Assembly (NCBI GenBank): GCA_964558235.1
Contig: CAZLCK010000005.1
Location: 1 to 52,431, forward strand
DNA: 52,431 nt
Direction of reading: 5' to 3'
DNA from: an uncultured Coriobacteriaceae bacterium
GTDB lineage: Bacteria > Actinomycetota > Coriobacteriia > Coriobacteriales > CADBOM01
Part shown: in pieces, positions 39,639-48,644 of the stretch
Layout: each line of letters starts with the position of its first letter
How positions within the stretch are numbered: position 1 is the stretch's first letter
Made by a program: the position numbers and the translations under genes
Notes under the pieces: model-generated
What the model was told of the DNA's origin: nothing
The model's input: only the letters and a program-made list of their open reading frames with translations
Databases searched by the model: none

Positions 39639-40997
39639 ATGGCTAATCTTAGTGGAATTACATTTTTTATCAAAACCTTTGGCTGTCAGATGAATTTAAG
39701 CGACACCGAGGTCATGACCGGTCTTTTGCTAGCAAATAATGCAACCGAAGCTATAGATGAGCAAAGTGCAGACGTTGTCATCTTTGTTACATGTTGCGTG
39801 AGAGAAAATGCTGACAGCAGAGTATATGGTCAGATTGCGTCGATGATAAATGATCCTGTGCGAGAGGGATCAACAATAGGTCGAAAGATCGTTGCTGTTG
39901 GTGGTTGTATGGCACAGCGCGATGGTGAAAAACTTCTCGAAATGTTACCAAATGTGGATGTAGTTTTTGGAACGCATACTATCGAAAAGTTGCCAGAGCT
40001 ATTAGTGCAAGCTATCTTTGATAACGATAGAGTCTGTGGGTTAAGCGAAGATTCTAATCCAATTGATCGATTTGCTCCAACACAGAGAAAATCGCATTTT
40101 CAAGCATGGCTGCCAATTATGAAGGGTTGCAATAATTTTTGCACCTACTGCATTGTCCCTTATGTTCGTGGGCGTGAGATAAGTAGGGATATTGAAGATG
40201 TTGCAGCTCAGGCCAAATTTTTAGTTGAAGATGGCGTACGTGAGATTACATTGCTTGGCCAAAATGTCAATTCTTACGGGCGAGATCTATATGGTGAGCC
40301 TCGTTTTCATGAAGTTTTACGTCGTGTGGCACAAAGTGGCATCGAGCGAATTCGTTTTGTGACAAGTCACCCTAAAGATCTAACAGATCAAACTATAGAT
40401 GCAATGGCTGAACTTGATTGTGTAATGCCTGCCCTACATCTGCCTGTTCAGTCGGGCTCCGATGCAATTTTGCATGCAATGAATAGAGTTTATGATTCTG
40501 CTAAGTATTATCAAACTGTAGAAAAGCTAAAAAGTGCTATTCCAGATATTGCACTTTCAACCGATATCATAGTTGGATTTCCTGGAGAGACCGAAGATGA
40601 TTTCCAGGCAACTTATGACCTAGTGAAAGATATTGGATATTCTCAGGTGTTTACCTTCATCTACTCAAAGCGCGAAGGGACTTCTGCTGCAAAGATGATT
40701 GACAACACACCTCATGAGGTTATTCAAGACCGTTTTGATAGACTGGTTAAGCTTGTTCAGCAGTCTGCTTGGGAACAAAATCAAAAAGATCTTGGAAGTC
40801 TCACTGAAGTTTTAGTCGAGGGTACTTCTAAACGTGATGATCTTGTTCTGTCCGGTAGAAGTCCAAAAAATCAAACAGTGCATTTTAAATATCCTAACGG
40901 AGCAGAGCTCGATAGTCTTCTTGGTAAGATGGCCAAGGTTAAGGTAGATGTTGCTAAAACTTGGTATCTATCTGGTGAGCTTATTAGTTACGATTAG
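39639..40997 (+). CDS. miaB: tRNA-i6A37 methylthiotransferase
   Basis: 452 aa. Contains an N-terminal UPF0004 domain (FGCQMN), the radical-SAM motif CNNFCTYCIVP and a C-terminal TRAM domain. Confidence 0.9.
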   Translation: MANLSGITFFIKTFGCQMNLSDTEVMTGLLLANNATEAIDEQSADVVIFVTCCVRENADSRVYGQIASMINDPVREGSTIGRKIVAVGGCMAQRDGEKLLEMLPNVDVVFGTHTIEKLPELLVQAIFDNDRVCGLSEDSNPIDRFAPTQRKSHFQAWLPIMKGCNNFCTYCIVPYVRGREISRDIEDVAAQAKFLVEDGVREITLLGQNVNSYGRDLYGEPRFHEVLRRVAQSGIERIRFVTSHPKDLTDQTIDAMAELDCVMPALHLPVQSGSDAILHAMNRVYDSAKYYQTVEKLKSAIPDIALSTDIIVGFPGETEDDFQATYDLVKDIGYSQVFTFIYSKREGTSAAKMIDNTPHEVIQDRFDRLVKLVQQSAWEQNQKDLGSLTEVLVEGTSKRDDLVLSGRSPKNQTVHFKYPNGAELDSLLGKMAKVKVDVAKTWYLSGELISYD

Positions 40998-41002
40998 TGT
41001 AA

Positions 41003-41932
41003 ATGCTTAATAACAATATTCAAAAACTCATCGATCAGATTCTTCGAATGGTAAGTCGGACTCCTCAAGATATGCCTATAGCTATTGTTGGCCAAACTGG
41101 AGTTGGAAAATCTGAAGTTGCAGACAAGTTAGCCGATCAAATTGATGGTGAGATAATATCTGCTGATTCGATGCAGATATATAGGGGCATGGATATTGGC
41201 ACGGCAAAGGTTAAAGTTGAAGATCGAAGTGTGCCATATCATTGCTTAGATATTGTGGATCCAGGACAGGCCTATTCAGCCGCGCTTTATCAACAAGATT
41301 CTAGACGGGCGATGCAGGAGATAATCGATAGAGGCAAAAGGCCTATTTTTTGTGGTGGTACAGGATTTTATCTAAGAGCAGCACTAGATGAGATGAATTT
41401 TATTAACGGTGAACAGGTTAACAATCCTGTCCGCGATTACTGCACCAAGTATTCAGAAGCCTACGGAGCAAATAAGCTGCATGAGATTTTGGCCGAAAAA
41501 GATCCAAAAAGCGCTGAACTGATTCATCCTAATAATGTAAAGCGTGTAATTAGAGCTCTTGAGATGCTCGAAGAAGGGACGAATTATTTCGAGCAAGTTA
41601 GTGGGATGAAGGATTTTATTTTTTGGAAGGAAAGCCTTCTGTTTGGTCTTAGAACAGATAGAGCAAAGCTATACGAGAAGATTAATATCAGAGTAGATAA
41701 GATGATTCAGCTGGGCCTTCTAGAAGAAGTTAGGGGATTAGTTGATCAAGGTTTCGAGGATGCTTTAACCGCATCACAGGCTATTGGGTATAAAGAAATA
41801 ATCGATTACTTTAATGGTGAGATCTCTTTTGATCGAGCAGTTGAATTAATTAAGCAATCTTCTAGGCGCTATGCTAAACGACAAGATACTTGGTTTAGAC
41901 GCGACCCACGAATCGTCTGGTTAGAGATCTAG
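41003..41932 (+). CDS. miaA: tRNA dimethylallyltransferase
   Basis: 309 aa. Contains a P-loop (GQTGVGKS), SADSMQIYRGMDIGTAK and GGTGFY. Confidence 0.93.
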   Translation: MLNNNIQKLIDQILRMVSRTPQDMPIAIVGQTGVGKSEVADKLADQIDGEIISADSMQIYRGMDIGTAKVKVEDRSVPYHCLDIVDPGQAYSAALYQQDSRRAMQEIIDRGKRPIFCGGTGFYLRAALDEMNFINGEQVNNPVRDYCTKYSEAYGANKLHEILAEKDPKSAELIHPNNVKRVIRALEMLEEGTNYFEQVSGMKDFIFWKESLLFGLRTDRAKLYEKINIRVDKMIQLGLLEEVRGLVDQGFEDALTASQAIGYKEIIDYFNGEISFDRAVELIKQSSRRYAKRQDTWFRRDPRIVWLEI

Positions 41933-42079
41933 CTTTTGTTCATTTCAAGCACTTTAATATTTGCCCAACGCACTCACAGCGATTTTAAAGCCTATTTATG
42001 TGATTTAACAAAGGCGAAAACTTCTAAATGTACAATCCCTTACAGCGACATTGAAACTATCAAAAGATTGAGGGAATGC

Positions 42080-42958
42080 ATGTTATTAGAATTTGCAAAA
42101 ATCCATGGTGCTGGAAATGATTTTGTTTTAATTGATGACCTAAAAGATCAAATTGAGCTAACGCCAAAGCAGGTTACTAAGATTTGTGATAGGCACTTTG
42201 GTGTTGGTGCTGATGGAGTAATCTTAGTTAAGCCAAGCAAAGATGAATCTGCATGTGGATTTATGTTTTATTACAATTCCGACGGAACGCGCGCGCAAAT
42301 GTGCGGCAATGGTGTAAGGTGTTTTGCAAAATTTGTTATCGACCGTGAGCTTGTAGATATATCAGATGGGTTTATCAATGTAGATACTCCTGCAGGGATT
42401 AAACATATCGAGTTTGTCTTGGATGAAGATAATAAGCTTAAGCTCGCTACGGTCAATATGGGAAAACCGATTCTCATAGCCGAGCAAATCCCAACAACAC
42501 TGCCATCAAATTCCGATGGTTTTGTAATTTCTCAAGATATTGAAACTTCTATGGGAATTTTGCAAGCTACTTGTGTATCGATGGGAAATCCACATTGCGT
42601 TATCTTTTTAGATAATCCAAAGTTCTTTGATAATCCTAGCTCTTTTGATATCGCTTTAATTGGTTCTGAGCTTGAGACAAGTACATTTTTCCCAGAAAAA
42701 TCCAACATCGAGTTTGTCTATGTTGGCAAGGATTCTCAGATTAAGATGCGCGTATGGGAGAGGGGATGCGGTGAGACTCTAGCATGTGGTACTGGAGCAT
42801 GCGCAACCGCTGTGGCAGCAAATCTTACAAATCGAGCTTCAAAGAAATGCACTATCGAGCTTTTGGGCGGTATCTTAGAGGTCGAACTTAGTGATAATGG
42901 CGATATCATAATGACTGGACCGGCGCAGGAAAGCTTTACTGGAATAATTAACATCTAG
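42080..42958 (+). CDS. dapF: Diaminopimelate epimerase
   Basis: I trimmed the ORF-track start from 41936 to the ATG at 42080, which follows GAGGGAA. The protein reads MLLEFAKIHGAGNDFVLID. The two catalytic Cys contexts MCGNG and ACGTG are present. Confidence 0.92.
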   Translation: MLLEFAKIHGAGNDFVLIDDLKDQIELTPKQVTKICDRHFGVGADGVILVKPSKDESACGFMFYYNSDGTRAQMCGNGVRCFAKFVIDRELVDISDGFINVDTPAGIKHIEFVLDEDNKLKLATVNMGKPILIAEQIPTTLPSNSDGFVISQDIETSMGILQATCVSMGNPHCVIFLDNPKFFDNPSSFDIALIGSELETSTFFPEKSNIEFVYVGKDSQIKMRVWERGCGETLACGTGACATAVAANLTNRASKKCTIELLGGILEVELSDNGDIIMTGPAQESFTGIINI

Positions 42959-43014
42959 GTTACGCGTTAATAAAACGTATAGATGAAGAATTAAAACAAC
43001 TATGGAGGAAATTT

Positions 43015-44172
43015 ATGAGAACAGCAAAGTGTTTAGATAATATGCCCCCTTATCTCTTTGCAGAGATTGATAAGAAAAAAGCTGCCCTAGTCGAGCAGGG
43101 TGTAGATGTGATTTCTTTGGGAATTGGTGATCCAGATATGCCAACTCCTGAGTTTATTGTCAAAGCTATGGAAGAGGCGATTCAAAATCCAAAGAATCAT
43201 CAATACCCAGATTATGCAGGGTCTTTAGAATATAGGCAGGCCTGTGCTAGGTGGATGAAAAAGAAGTTTGATGTTGATTTAGATCCAGATACTGAAGTCT
43301 TGGCTTTGATTGGCTCTAAGGAGGGAATTGCTCATATTCATATTGCCTTCGATGATCCAGGCGACTATGTTTTAGCGCCAGCAATTGGATATCCTGTATA
43401 TAGTGGTGGAGCAACTCTATGTAATGCAAATACATACTTTATGCCAATGCGTGCAGAGAACGATTTTTTGTGCGACTTTGACAATATCGATGAAGAGATT
43501 CTCGCAAAGACAAAGATCATGTTTTTGGGTTATCCGAACAATCCAACAGGCGCTGTTGCTCCAGAGTGGTATTTTGACAAGGCGATCGAATTTTGTCGTA
43601 AGCATGATATTTTGCTAGTACATGACAACGCATATTGTGACATTGTTTATGACGGATACGTAAGTCCATCGATCTTGCAGCGACCAGGGGCTAAGGACGT
43701 TGCTATAGAGATGTTCTCACTTTCAAAGTCATATAACATGACTGGCTGGAGAATTGCATTTGCCTGTGGTAACAAAGAGGCTATTAAGGCTTTAGGAACC
43801 GTTAAGAACAATCTCGATTCTGGTCAATTTACTGCAATTCAAGATGCTGCAATCGTAGCGCTAGATTCCTCACAAGAGTGCATCGATGAGATGAATGCAA
43901 TCTATACCAAACGTCGCGATGCAGTTGTTGAAGCGCTGTGTTCAATTGGTCTAGATTGCGTTGCACCAAAAGCTACAATTTATGTATGGTGTCATGTGCC
44001 TAAAGGTATGACCTCGGCAGAGTTTGCCCAAAAGGTATTGGAAGAGGCGCATGTTATAGTGACACCAGGAAGTTCTTATGGTCCTGATGGGGAAGGATAT
44101 ATCCGTATATCGCTAACTACTCCAGATGATAGACTGCAAGAGGCTGTAAGAAGAATAAAAGAAACACTCTAG
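43015..44172 (+). CDS. dapL: Class-I PLP aminotransferase, probably LL-diaminopimelate aminotransferase
   Basis: 385 aa. Contains PPYLFAEID, YPNNPTG and SLSKSYNMTGWR. The gene is adjacent to dapF. The substrate is an inference. Confidence 0.7.
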   Translation: MRTAKCLDNMPPYLFAEIDKKKAALVEQGVDVISLGIGDPDMPTPEFIVKAMEEAIQNPKNHQYPDYAGSLEYRQACARWMKKKFDVDLDPDTEVLALIGSKEGIAHIHIAFDDPGDYVLAPAIGYPVYSGGATLCNANTYFMPMRAENDFLCDFDNIDEEILAKTKIMFLGYPNNPTGAVAPEWYFDKAIEFCRKHDILLVHDNAYCDIVYDGYVSPSILQRPGAKDVAIEMFSLSKSYNMTGWRIAFACGNKEAIKALGTVKNNLDSGQFTAIQDAAIVALDSSQECIDEMNAIYTKRRDAVVEALCSIGLDCVAPKATIYVWCHVPKGMTSAEFAQKVLEEAHVIVTPGSSYGPDGEGYIRISLTTPDDRLQEAVRRIKETL

Positions 44173-44179
44173 GAGTAAC

Positions 44180-45475
44180 ATGCCGCAAGACGGCTTCGAA
44201 TTTGAGCTCTCGCAAGCAAATGAGAGAGAGCGCGCGGTGATAGTTGGAATTGATAGAGGCGATCCAAGATGGCCTCTTGATGAGTCACTTAGCGAGCTTG
44301 CTCGTTTGGTAGATACTGCTGGAGCCGATGTTGTGGCATCTACATCTCAAAAACTTGAATCTGTTAACCCCAAGACATTTGTCGGCAAGGGGAAAGTTGA
44401 AGAGATTGCTGAGTTGGTACAAAGTTATGATGCATCTGTTGTAGTCTTTGATGATGAACTGACACCTTCTCAGCAATCTAATTTAGAGAAAGCTTTTCCC
44501 AAGGCAAAGGTTATAGACAGAACCGCTTTAATCCTCGATATATTTTCGCTTCATGCTCTTACTCGTGAGGGACGTTTGCAAGTTAGGCTTGCGCGTAATC
44601 AATATCTATTGCCACGCCTAAGAGGTATGTGGGCGCACCTTGCATCACACAGAATGGGTGGTGGAGTTGGTTCAAGATTTGGTGAGGGCGAAAGCCAGCT
44701 AGAAGTTGATCGAAGGATGGTTAGAAAGCGAATTGATAAGATTCGCCAAGAACTAGCCAAACTCTCTAAAGATAGGCGGACTCAACGAAAAGCACGCTTT
44801 GGTGATACTGTTTTTAAGGCCGTTTTGGTTGGCTATACAAATGCTGGAAAATCAACCTTGCTAAATGCATTGACAGATGCTGGTGTTTTATCTGAAGACA
44901 AGTTATTTGCGACCCTCGATTCAACAACACGTAAACTTACACTGCCTGAGGGACGTGCCATTACATTAACCGACACAGTTGGGTTTATTCAAAAACTTCC
45001 CACTACCTTGATTGAAGCTTTTAAATCTACACTCGATGAGGTTACTGGAGCTGACCTAATTATTCATGTTTGCGATGCTTCATCTAAAAGGATGGATTCG
45101 CAATATGATGCTGTACAAGGTATTCTCGAGCAGATAGGCGCTGTTTTGATTCCTTCGATTGTTGTTTTAAACAAGATCGATCTTTTGCCTGATGAGACAA
45201 GATATGCTTTTAAGCGCAGGTATCCAGATGCTGTTTTTATCTCTGCAATGAATCATTTTGGTCTAGATGATTTGCTACAAAGAATCTCTATGGTATGTTC
45301 TTCTGTCGATAAAACTATGCAGGTGCTTATTCCTTATTCGCGTGGAGAACTTGTTAAAGAGGCGCATGAAAGATGTACCGTTGTTTCAACGCGTTATGTG
45401 GAAGATGGAACTGAAATGACTATTTGTTGTCCCAAATCGTTAGTTTCATCTTTTGAATCATTTGTATTGAAATAG
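44180..45475 (+). CDS. hflX: GTPase HflX
   Basis: 431 aa. The HflX N-domain is followed by G motifs GYTNAGKST, DTVGF and NKID. Confidence 0.92.
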   Translation: MPQDGFEFELSQANERERAVIVGIDRGDPRWPLDESLSELARLVDTAGADVVASTSQKLESVNPKTFVGKGKVEEIAELVQSYDASVVVFDDELTPSQQSNLEKAFPKAKVIDRTALILDIFSLHALTREGRLQVRLARNQYLLPRLRGMWAHLASHRMGGGVGSRFGEGESQLEVDRRMVRKRIDKIRQELAKLSKDRRTQRKARFGDTVFKAVLVGYTNAGKSTLLNALTDAGVLSEDKLFATLDSTTRKLTLPEGRAITLTDTVGFIQKLPTTLIEAFKSTLDEVTGADLIIHVCDASSKRMDSQYDAVQGILEQIGAVLIPSIVVLNKIDLLPDETRYAFKRRYPDAVFISAMNHFGLDDLLQRISMVCSSVDKTMQVLIPYSRGELVKEAHERCTVVSTRYVEDGTEMTICCPKSLVSSFESFVLK

Positions 45476-45496
45476 GCATTCAACCTTAGATCTTGC

Positions 45497-46480
45497 ATGG
45501 TAAAGATGGAAAGAAAAAAAGACTTCTATCAAAACACTTTGAAAATAAAGACCTTAGATTCATTTTCGCTAAGTGAAGATTGTCTAGTTGACTTAAATGA
45601 GGGTCACCTTAAGAGTAGTTCAAGTCATAATCTAGGTTTTTCATCACATGGTGACTTTGCACAAAGTTTGCGAGATTGCATACAAACTCCAACTCCATAT
45701 ATAGATCTCTATGCAAATTGTGATATTGAAATCAGCCCTAATGAGCGCGCTTTAATTCCAACTGGGATCAGTTTAGAGCTTCCTTCAGGTTATGGCGGAT
45801 TTATCTTGATAGATTCATTTTTTTGCAAAGAGAGGGCAGTTATGCTTTGCAATCCTCCAGGTTTAATTGATAGTGGGTATCGGGGCGAGATTAAAGTTTC
45901 TATATGCTCTTTTGCAAAAGAAAAGCTTTTAATAAAGCGTGGCAAAAGAATTGCTCAACTTATAAGCATCTACTCTCCACAGCACAACATAGAAAATAAG
46001 GATTTAAAAATGAATAACAATGTCAAAAGTTCTACGCTCGATGATCATACAATCAGATTTTCAATACTTTGTGATGTTGTGGACATACCAACTTATTCTC
46101 ATGAATCAGACAATGGTATTGATCTTAGTGCATCGTGTGATTTTTCACTCAAGCCATTTGAGATCTTAGAAGTGGGCTTGGGTGTTGGTTTAGAACTGCC
46201 TCAAAATAAGATAGGTTTAATTCTACCTCGTAGTGGACTTTCCTTTAAGGATGGTCTTACTCTTGCAAATAGTCCACAGATTGTAATTGCCCCAGATATT
46301 AGTCGGGAAATTACGGCCACTTTTATCAATCTTGATCCAAATAAGACGATTGAGATTGCCGCAGGGTCTCGCGTAGCACAGCTGGTGATCTTAGATATGC
46401 CAAATATTCAGACAGAAGTTGTCTCAGAACTTTCTAAATCATCTAGAGGCAGTGATGGCTTTGGCAGCAGTGGAGTTTAA
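45497..46480 (+). CDS. dut: Internally duplicated (two-domain) dUTPase-family protein
   Basis: 327 aa. The N half has GLIDSGYRGEI and RIAQL. The C half has NGIDLSA, PRSGL, RVAQL and RGSDGFGSSG. Confidence 0.8.
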   Translation: MVKMERKKDFYQNTLKIKTLDSFSLSEDCLVDLNEGHLKSSSSHNLGFSSHGDFAQSLRDCIQTPTPYIDLYANCDIEISPNERALIPTGISLELPSGYGGFILIDSFFCKERAVMLCNPPGLIDSGYRGEIKVSICSFAKEKLLIKRGKRIAQLISIYSPQHNIENKDLKMNNNVKSSTLDDHTIRFSILCDVVDIPTYSHESDNGIDLSASCDFSLKPFEILEVGLGVGLELPQNKIGLILPRSGLSFKDGLTLANSPQIVIAPDISREITATFINLDPNKTIEIAAGSRVAQLVILDMPNIQTEVVSELSKSSRGSDGFGSSGV

Positions 46481-46579
46481 TTTAGCATTTTCCGATGACT
46501 AATTCATTGTAAAATTGTGTTTGTGCCGATACTTTGTATCTGTACCAATAGTATTTGAAATCTGTTCCTAAGGAGCGCC

Positions 46580-47467
46580 ATGTCTGGATTCATTCTAAGC
46601 TGTTGTTCGACAGCAGATCTCACTCCGCAGCAGTTCAAAGACCTAGATATTCATTATGTTTGTTTCCATTTTTCAATCGATGGAAAACAATATCCAGATG
46701 ACCTCGGACAGTCCTATCCTTTTAAGCAATTCTATGCTGATATGCTAAAGGGTGGAATCACAAAAACTTCTCAGGTAAATGAGGGAGAGTTTATCGAGTA
46801 TTTTGAGCCATTTTTACAACAGGGCTTAGATATTTTGCATGTAACGCTTTCCTCTGGAATCTCTGGTGTTTATAACTCTGCAGTTATTGCTAGAGATGAG
46901 CTTTTAAAAGAATATCCAGATAGAAAGATCATAATTGTCGATTCGTTAGGCGCATCTGGTGGTTATGGATTCTTAGTTGCCGAAATGGCGAGACTAAGAG
47001 ATCGTGGTATGGAGATCGAAGAGCTTGCTAAGTGGGCAGAGGATCATAAGCTTGAGGTAAACCACTGGTTTTTCTCGACAGATTTGACCTTCTATGTCCG
47101 TGGAGGTCGTATATCTAAAGCTTCAGGCTGGGTTGGAACGATGCTAAATATCTGTCCATTATTGAATATGGATAACGAAGGTCATCTTATTCCAAGATTT
47201 AAGATTCGTGGCAAAAAGGCTGTTATTAAAGAAATTGTTAAAAAAATGGAAGAGTATGTACGCGATGGACTCAACTACTCAGGTAAGTGTTCAATAACTC
47301 ATTCTGATTGCTATGAAGATGCTAGTGCGGTAGCTGGTTTAATTGAGGAGCGTTTTGTTAACCTAGATGGCAAGGTTGATATCAACTATGTTGGAACTAC
47401 AATCGGAAGTCATACCGGACCAGGTACTGTAGCTTTGTATTTCTGGGGCAAGACGCGTGATGAATAA
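46580..47467 (+). CDS. DegV-family fatty-acid-binding protein
   Basis: 295 aa. Contains SCCSTADL, TSQ, SSG.SG.Y.SA and GSHTGPG. Confidence 0.88.
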   Translation: MSGFILSCCSTADLTPQQFKDLDIHYVCFHFSIDGKQYPDDLGQSYPFKQFYADMLKGGITKTSQVNEGEFIEYFEPFLQQGLDILHVTLSSGISGVYNSAVIARDELLKEYPDRKIIIVDSLGASGGYGFLVAEMARLRDRGMEIEELAKWAEDHKLEVNHWFFSTDLTFYVRGGRISKASGWVGTMLNICPLLNMDNEGHLIPRFKIRGKKAVIKEIVKKMEEYVRDGLNYSGKCSITHSDCYEDASAVAGLIEERFVNLDGKVDINYVGTTIGSHTGPGTVALYFWGKTRDE

Positions 47468-47551
47468 TAGGGGTCGATAGTTAGATACTAGACCTTAGAC
47501 CTACAAAATCGATATATTTTCGTTCAATAAGAGTGTTAAAAAAGGATTTAA

Positions 47552-47959
47552 ATGTCGGATATTGAGCAAATAAGAGAGTTATTTCAAAAGGATAGATTTG
47601 CAACTATTTGTGTTGGTGCAGTTATCGATGAAGTAAGCGACAATTGCGCAATATGTTCTTTTGAGATTCAGGATAGTCATAGAAATGCTGCAGGAAATGT
47701 AATGGGTGGAACCATCTTTTCCTTAGCTGATTTCGCATTTGCTGTTGCTACAAATTATGGTGGAGACTTAACCGTTACGGTTAGTTCTACGATTCAGTTT
47801 ATTGGCGGAGCTAAAGAAGGAAGATTAGTGGCTAAGGCAACTCCAGATAAGATTGGTAGGTCTGTCTGCTTTTACACGGTGATTGTAGAAGATGAATCTG
47901 GCCATATTATTGCAAAAGTTGCTATAACTGGAAAAAGAACTGCTGGTAAAGTTGGATAA
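47552..47959 (+). CDS. PaaI/YdiI-type hotdog-fold thioesterase
   Basis: 135 aa. Contains N..G.VMGGTIFSLAD.A. Confidence 0.8.
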   Translation: MSDIEQIRELFQKDRFATICVGAVIDEVSDNCAICSFEIQDSHRNAAGNVMGGTIFSLADFAFAVATNYGGDLTVTVSSTIQFIGGAKEGRLVAKATPDKIGRSVCFYTVIVEDESGHIIAKVAITGKRTAGKVG

Positions 47960-47991
47960 AGTGACCTATGTGTGGTACTAGAACTCAAGAA

Positions 47992-48035
47992 CCCCGACAT
48001 CGCGATAGGAGGGCGGAAGATCGCGAAGATCGGGG
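47992..48035. terminator. Hairpin between the convergent genes for the thioesterase and hsp20, a possible bidirectional terminator
   Basis: Positions 47992-47997 pair with 48030-48035, and 48000-48006 pair with 48020-48026. The flanking U-tracts are weak on both strands. Confidence 0.4.
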
Positions 48036-48112
48036 CATTCTTGATAGCCTTAAAGACGATCACTTTAATCGGCTTTGAAAGGGAAGTAAAGAGAAGGAAG
48101 ATATTTTAAATC

Positions 48113-48553
48113 TTATGCGATCGTTAGCTTCTTAGCTTTAGGCTCATCAGCGCTCTTTTTAGGCATCTTTACTTCAAGGATTCCATTGTTGTAAGCAACT
48201 TCGATACTGTCGATATTTACATCGCTCACATCAAAGCCTCTAGTAAATGAGCCATAGGAACGTTCGCGTCTAATGTAATTTCCGTCCTCGTCTTTTTCTT
48301 CAGACTCACTGGAGCGCTCAGCGCTGATGGTCAAAATATCATCTTTGACCTCAATATCAATATCTTCTTTATTAAAACCTGGAAGCTCAGCTTCTAGCTC
48401 ATAAGAATCGCCGTTGTCCTTGATGTCGGTCTTAAATGCTGGAACCTGCGGGTTTCCGAAGAAGTTTTTCTCAATTTCATCAAAGATCGAAAATGGATTG
48501 TAACCTCTTCTGCTGATAGTGTTTCTTCTAGTTAGTGGCATAATCTCATACAT
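48113..48553 (-). CDS. Small heat-shock protein (Hsp20 / alpha-crystallin family)
   Basis: 146 aa. Contains D..E....Y.LEAELPGF.KEDI.I and F.R.F.L, ending in GIL.V..PK. Confidence 0.92.
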   Translation of the reverse strand: MYEIMPLTRRNTISRRGYNPFSIFDEIEKNFFGNPQVPAFKTDIKDNGDSYELEAELPGFNKEDIDIEVKDDILTISAERSSESEEKDEDGNYIRRERSYGSFTRGFDVSDVNIDSIEVAYNNGILEVKMPKKSADEPKAKKLTIA

Positions 48554-48584
48554 TTTAAATCACCTCTTGATATGTTATATTTAC

Positions 48585-48626
48585 TTGACTAAGTCAGATT
48601 ATAGATAGAATATCTGATTAAGTCAA
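48585..48626. promoter_or_regulatory. Inverted repeat overlapping divergent promoters; candidate MarR operator
   Basis: TTGACTAAGTCAGAT (48585-48599) and ATCTGATTAAGTCAA (48612-48626) match at 13 of 15 positions as an inverted repeat. On the minus strand, TTGACT (48626-48621), a 17-nt spacer and TATAAT (48603-48598) lie upstream of hsp20. Confidence 0.65.
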
Positions 48627-48644
48627 CAATCTTTTGGAGAAAAT

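Noticed and set aside
41933-42079. A possible lysine (L-box) riboswitch in the 147-nt spacer upstream of dapF.
   Set aside because: The spacer is too short for an L-box, and I saw no L-box-like conserved core such as the GAGGCGC-type segment.
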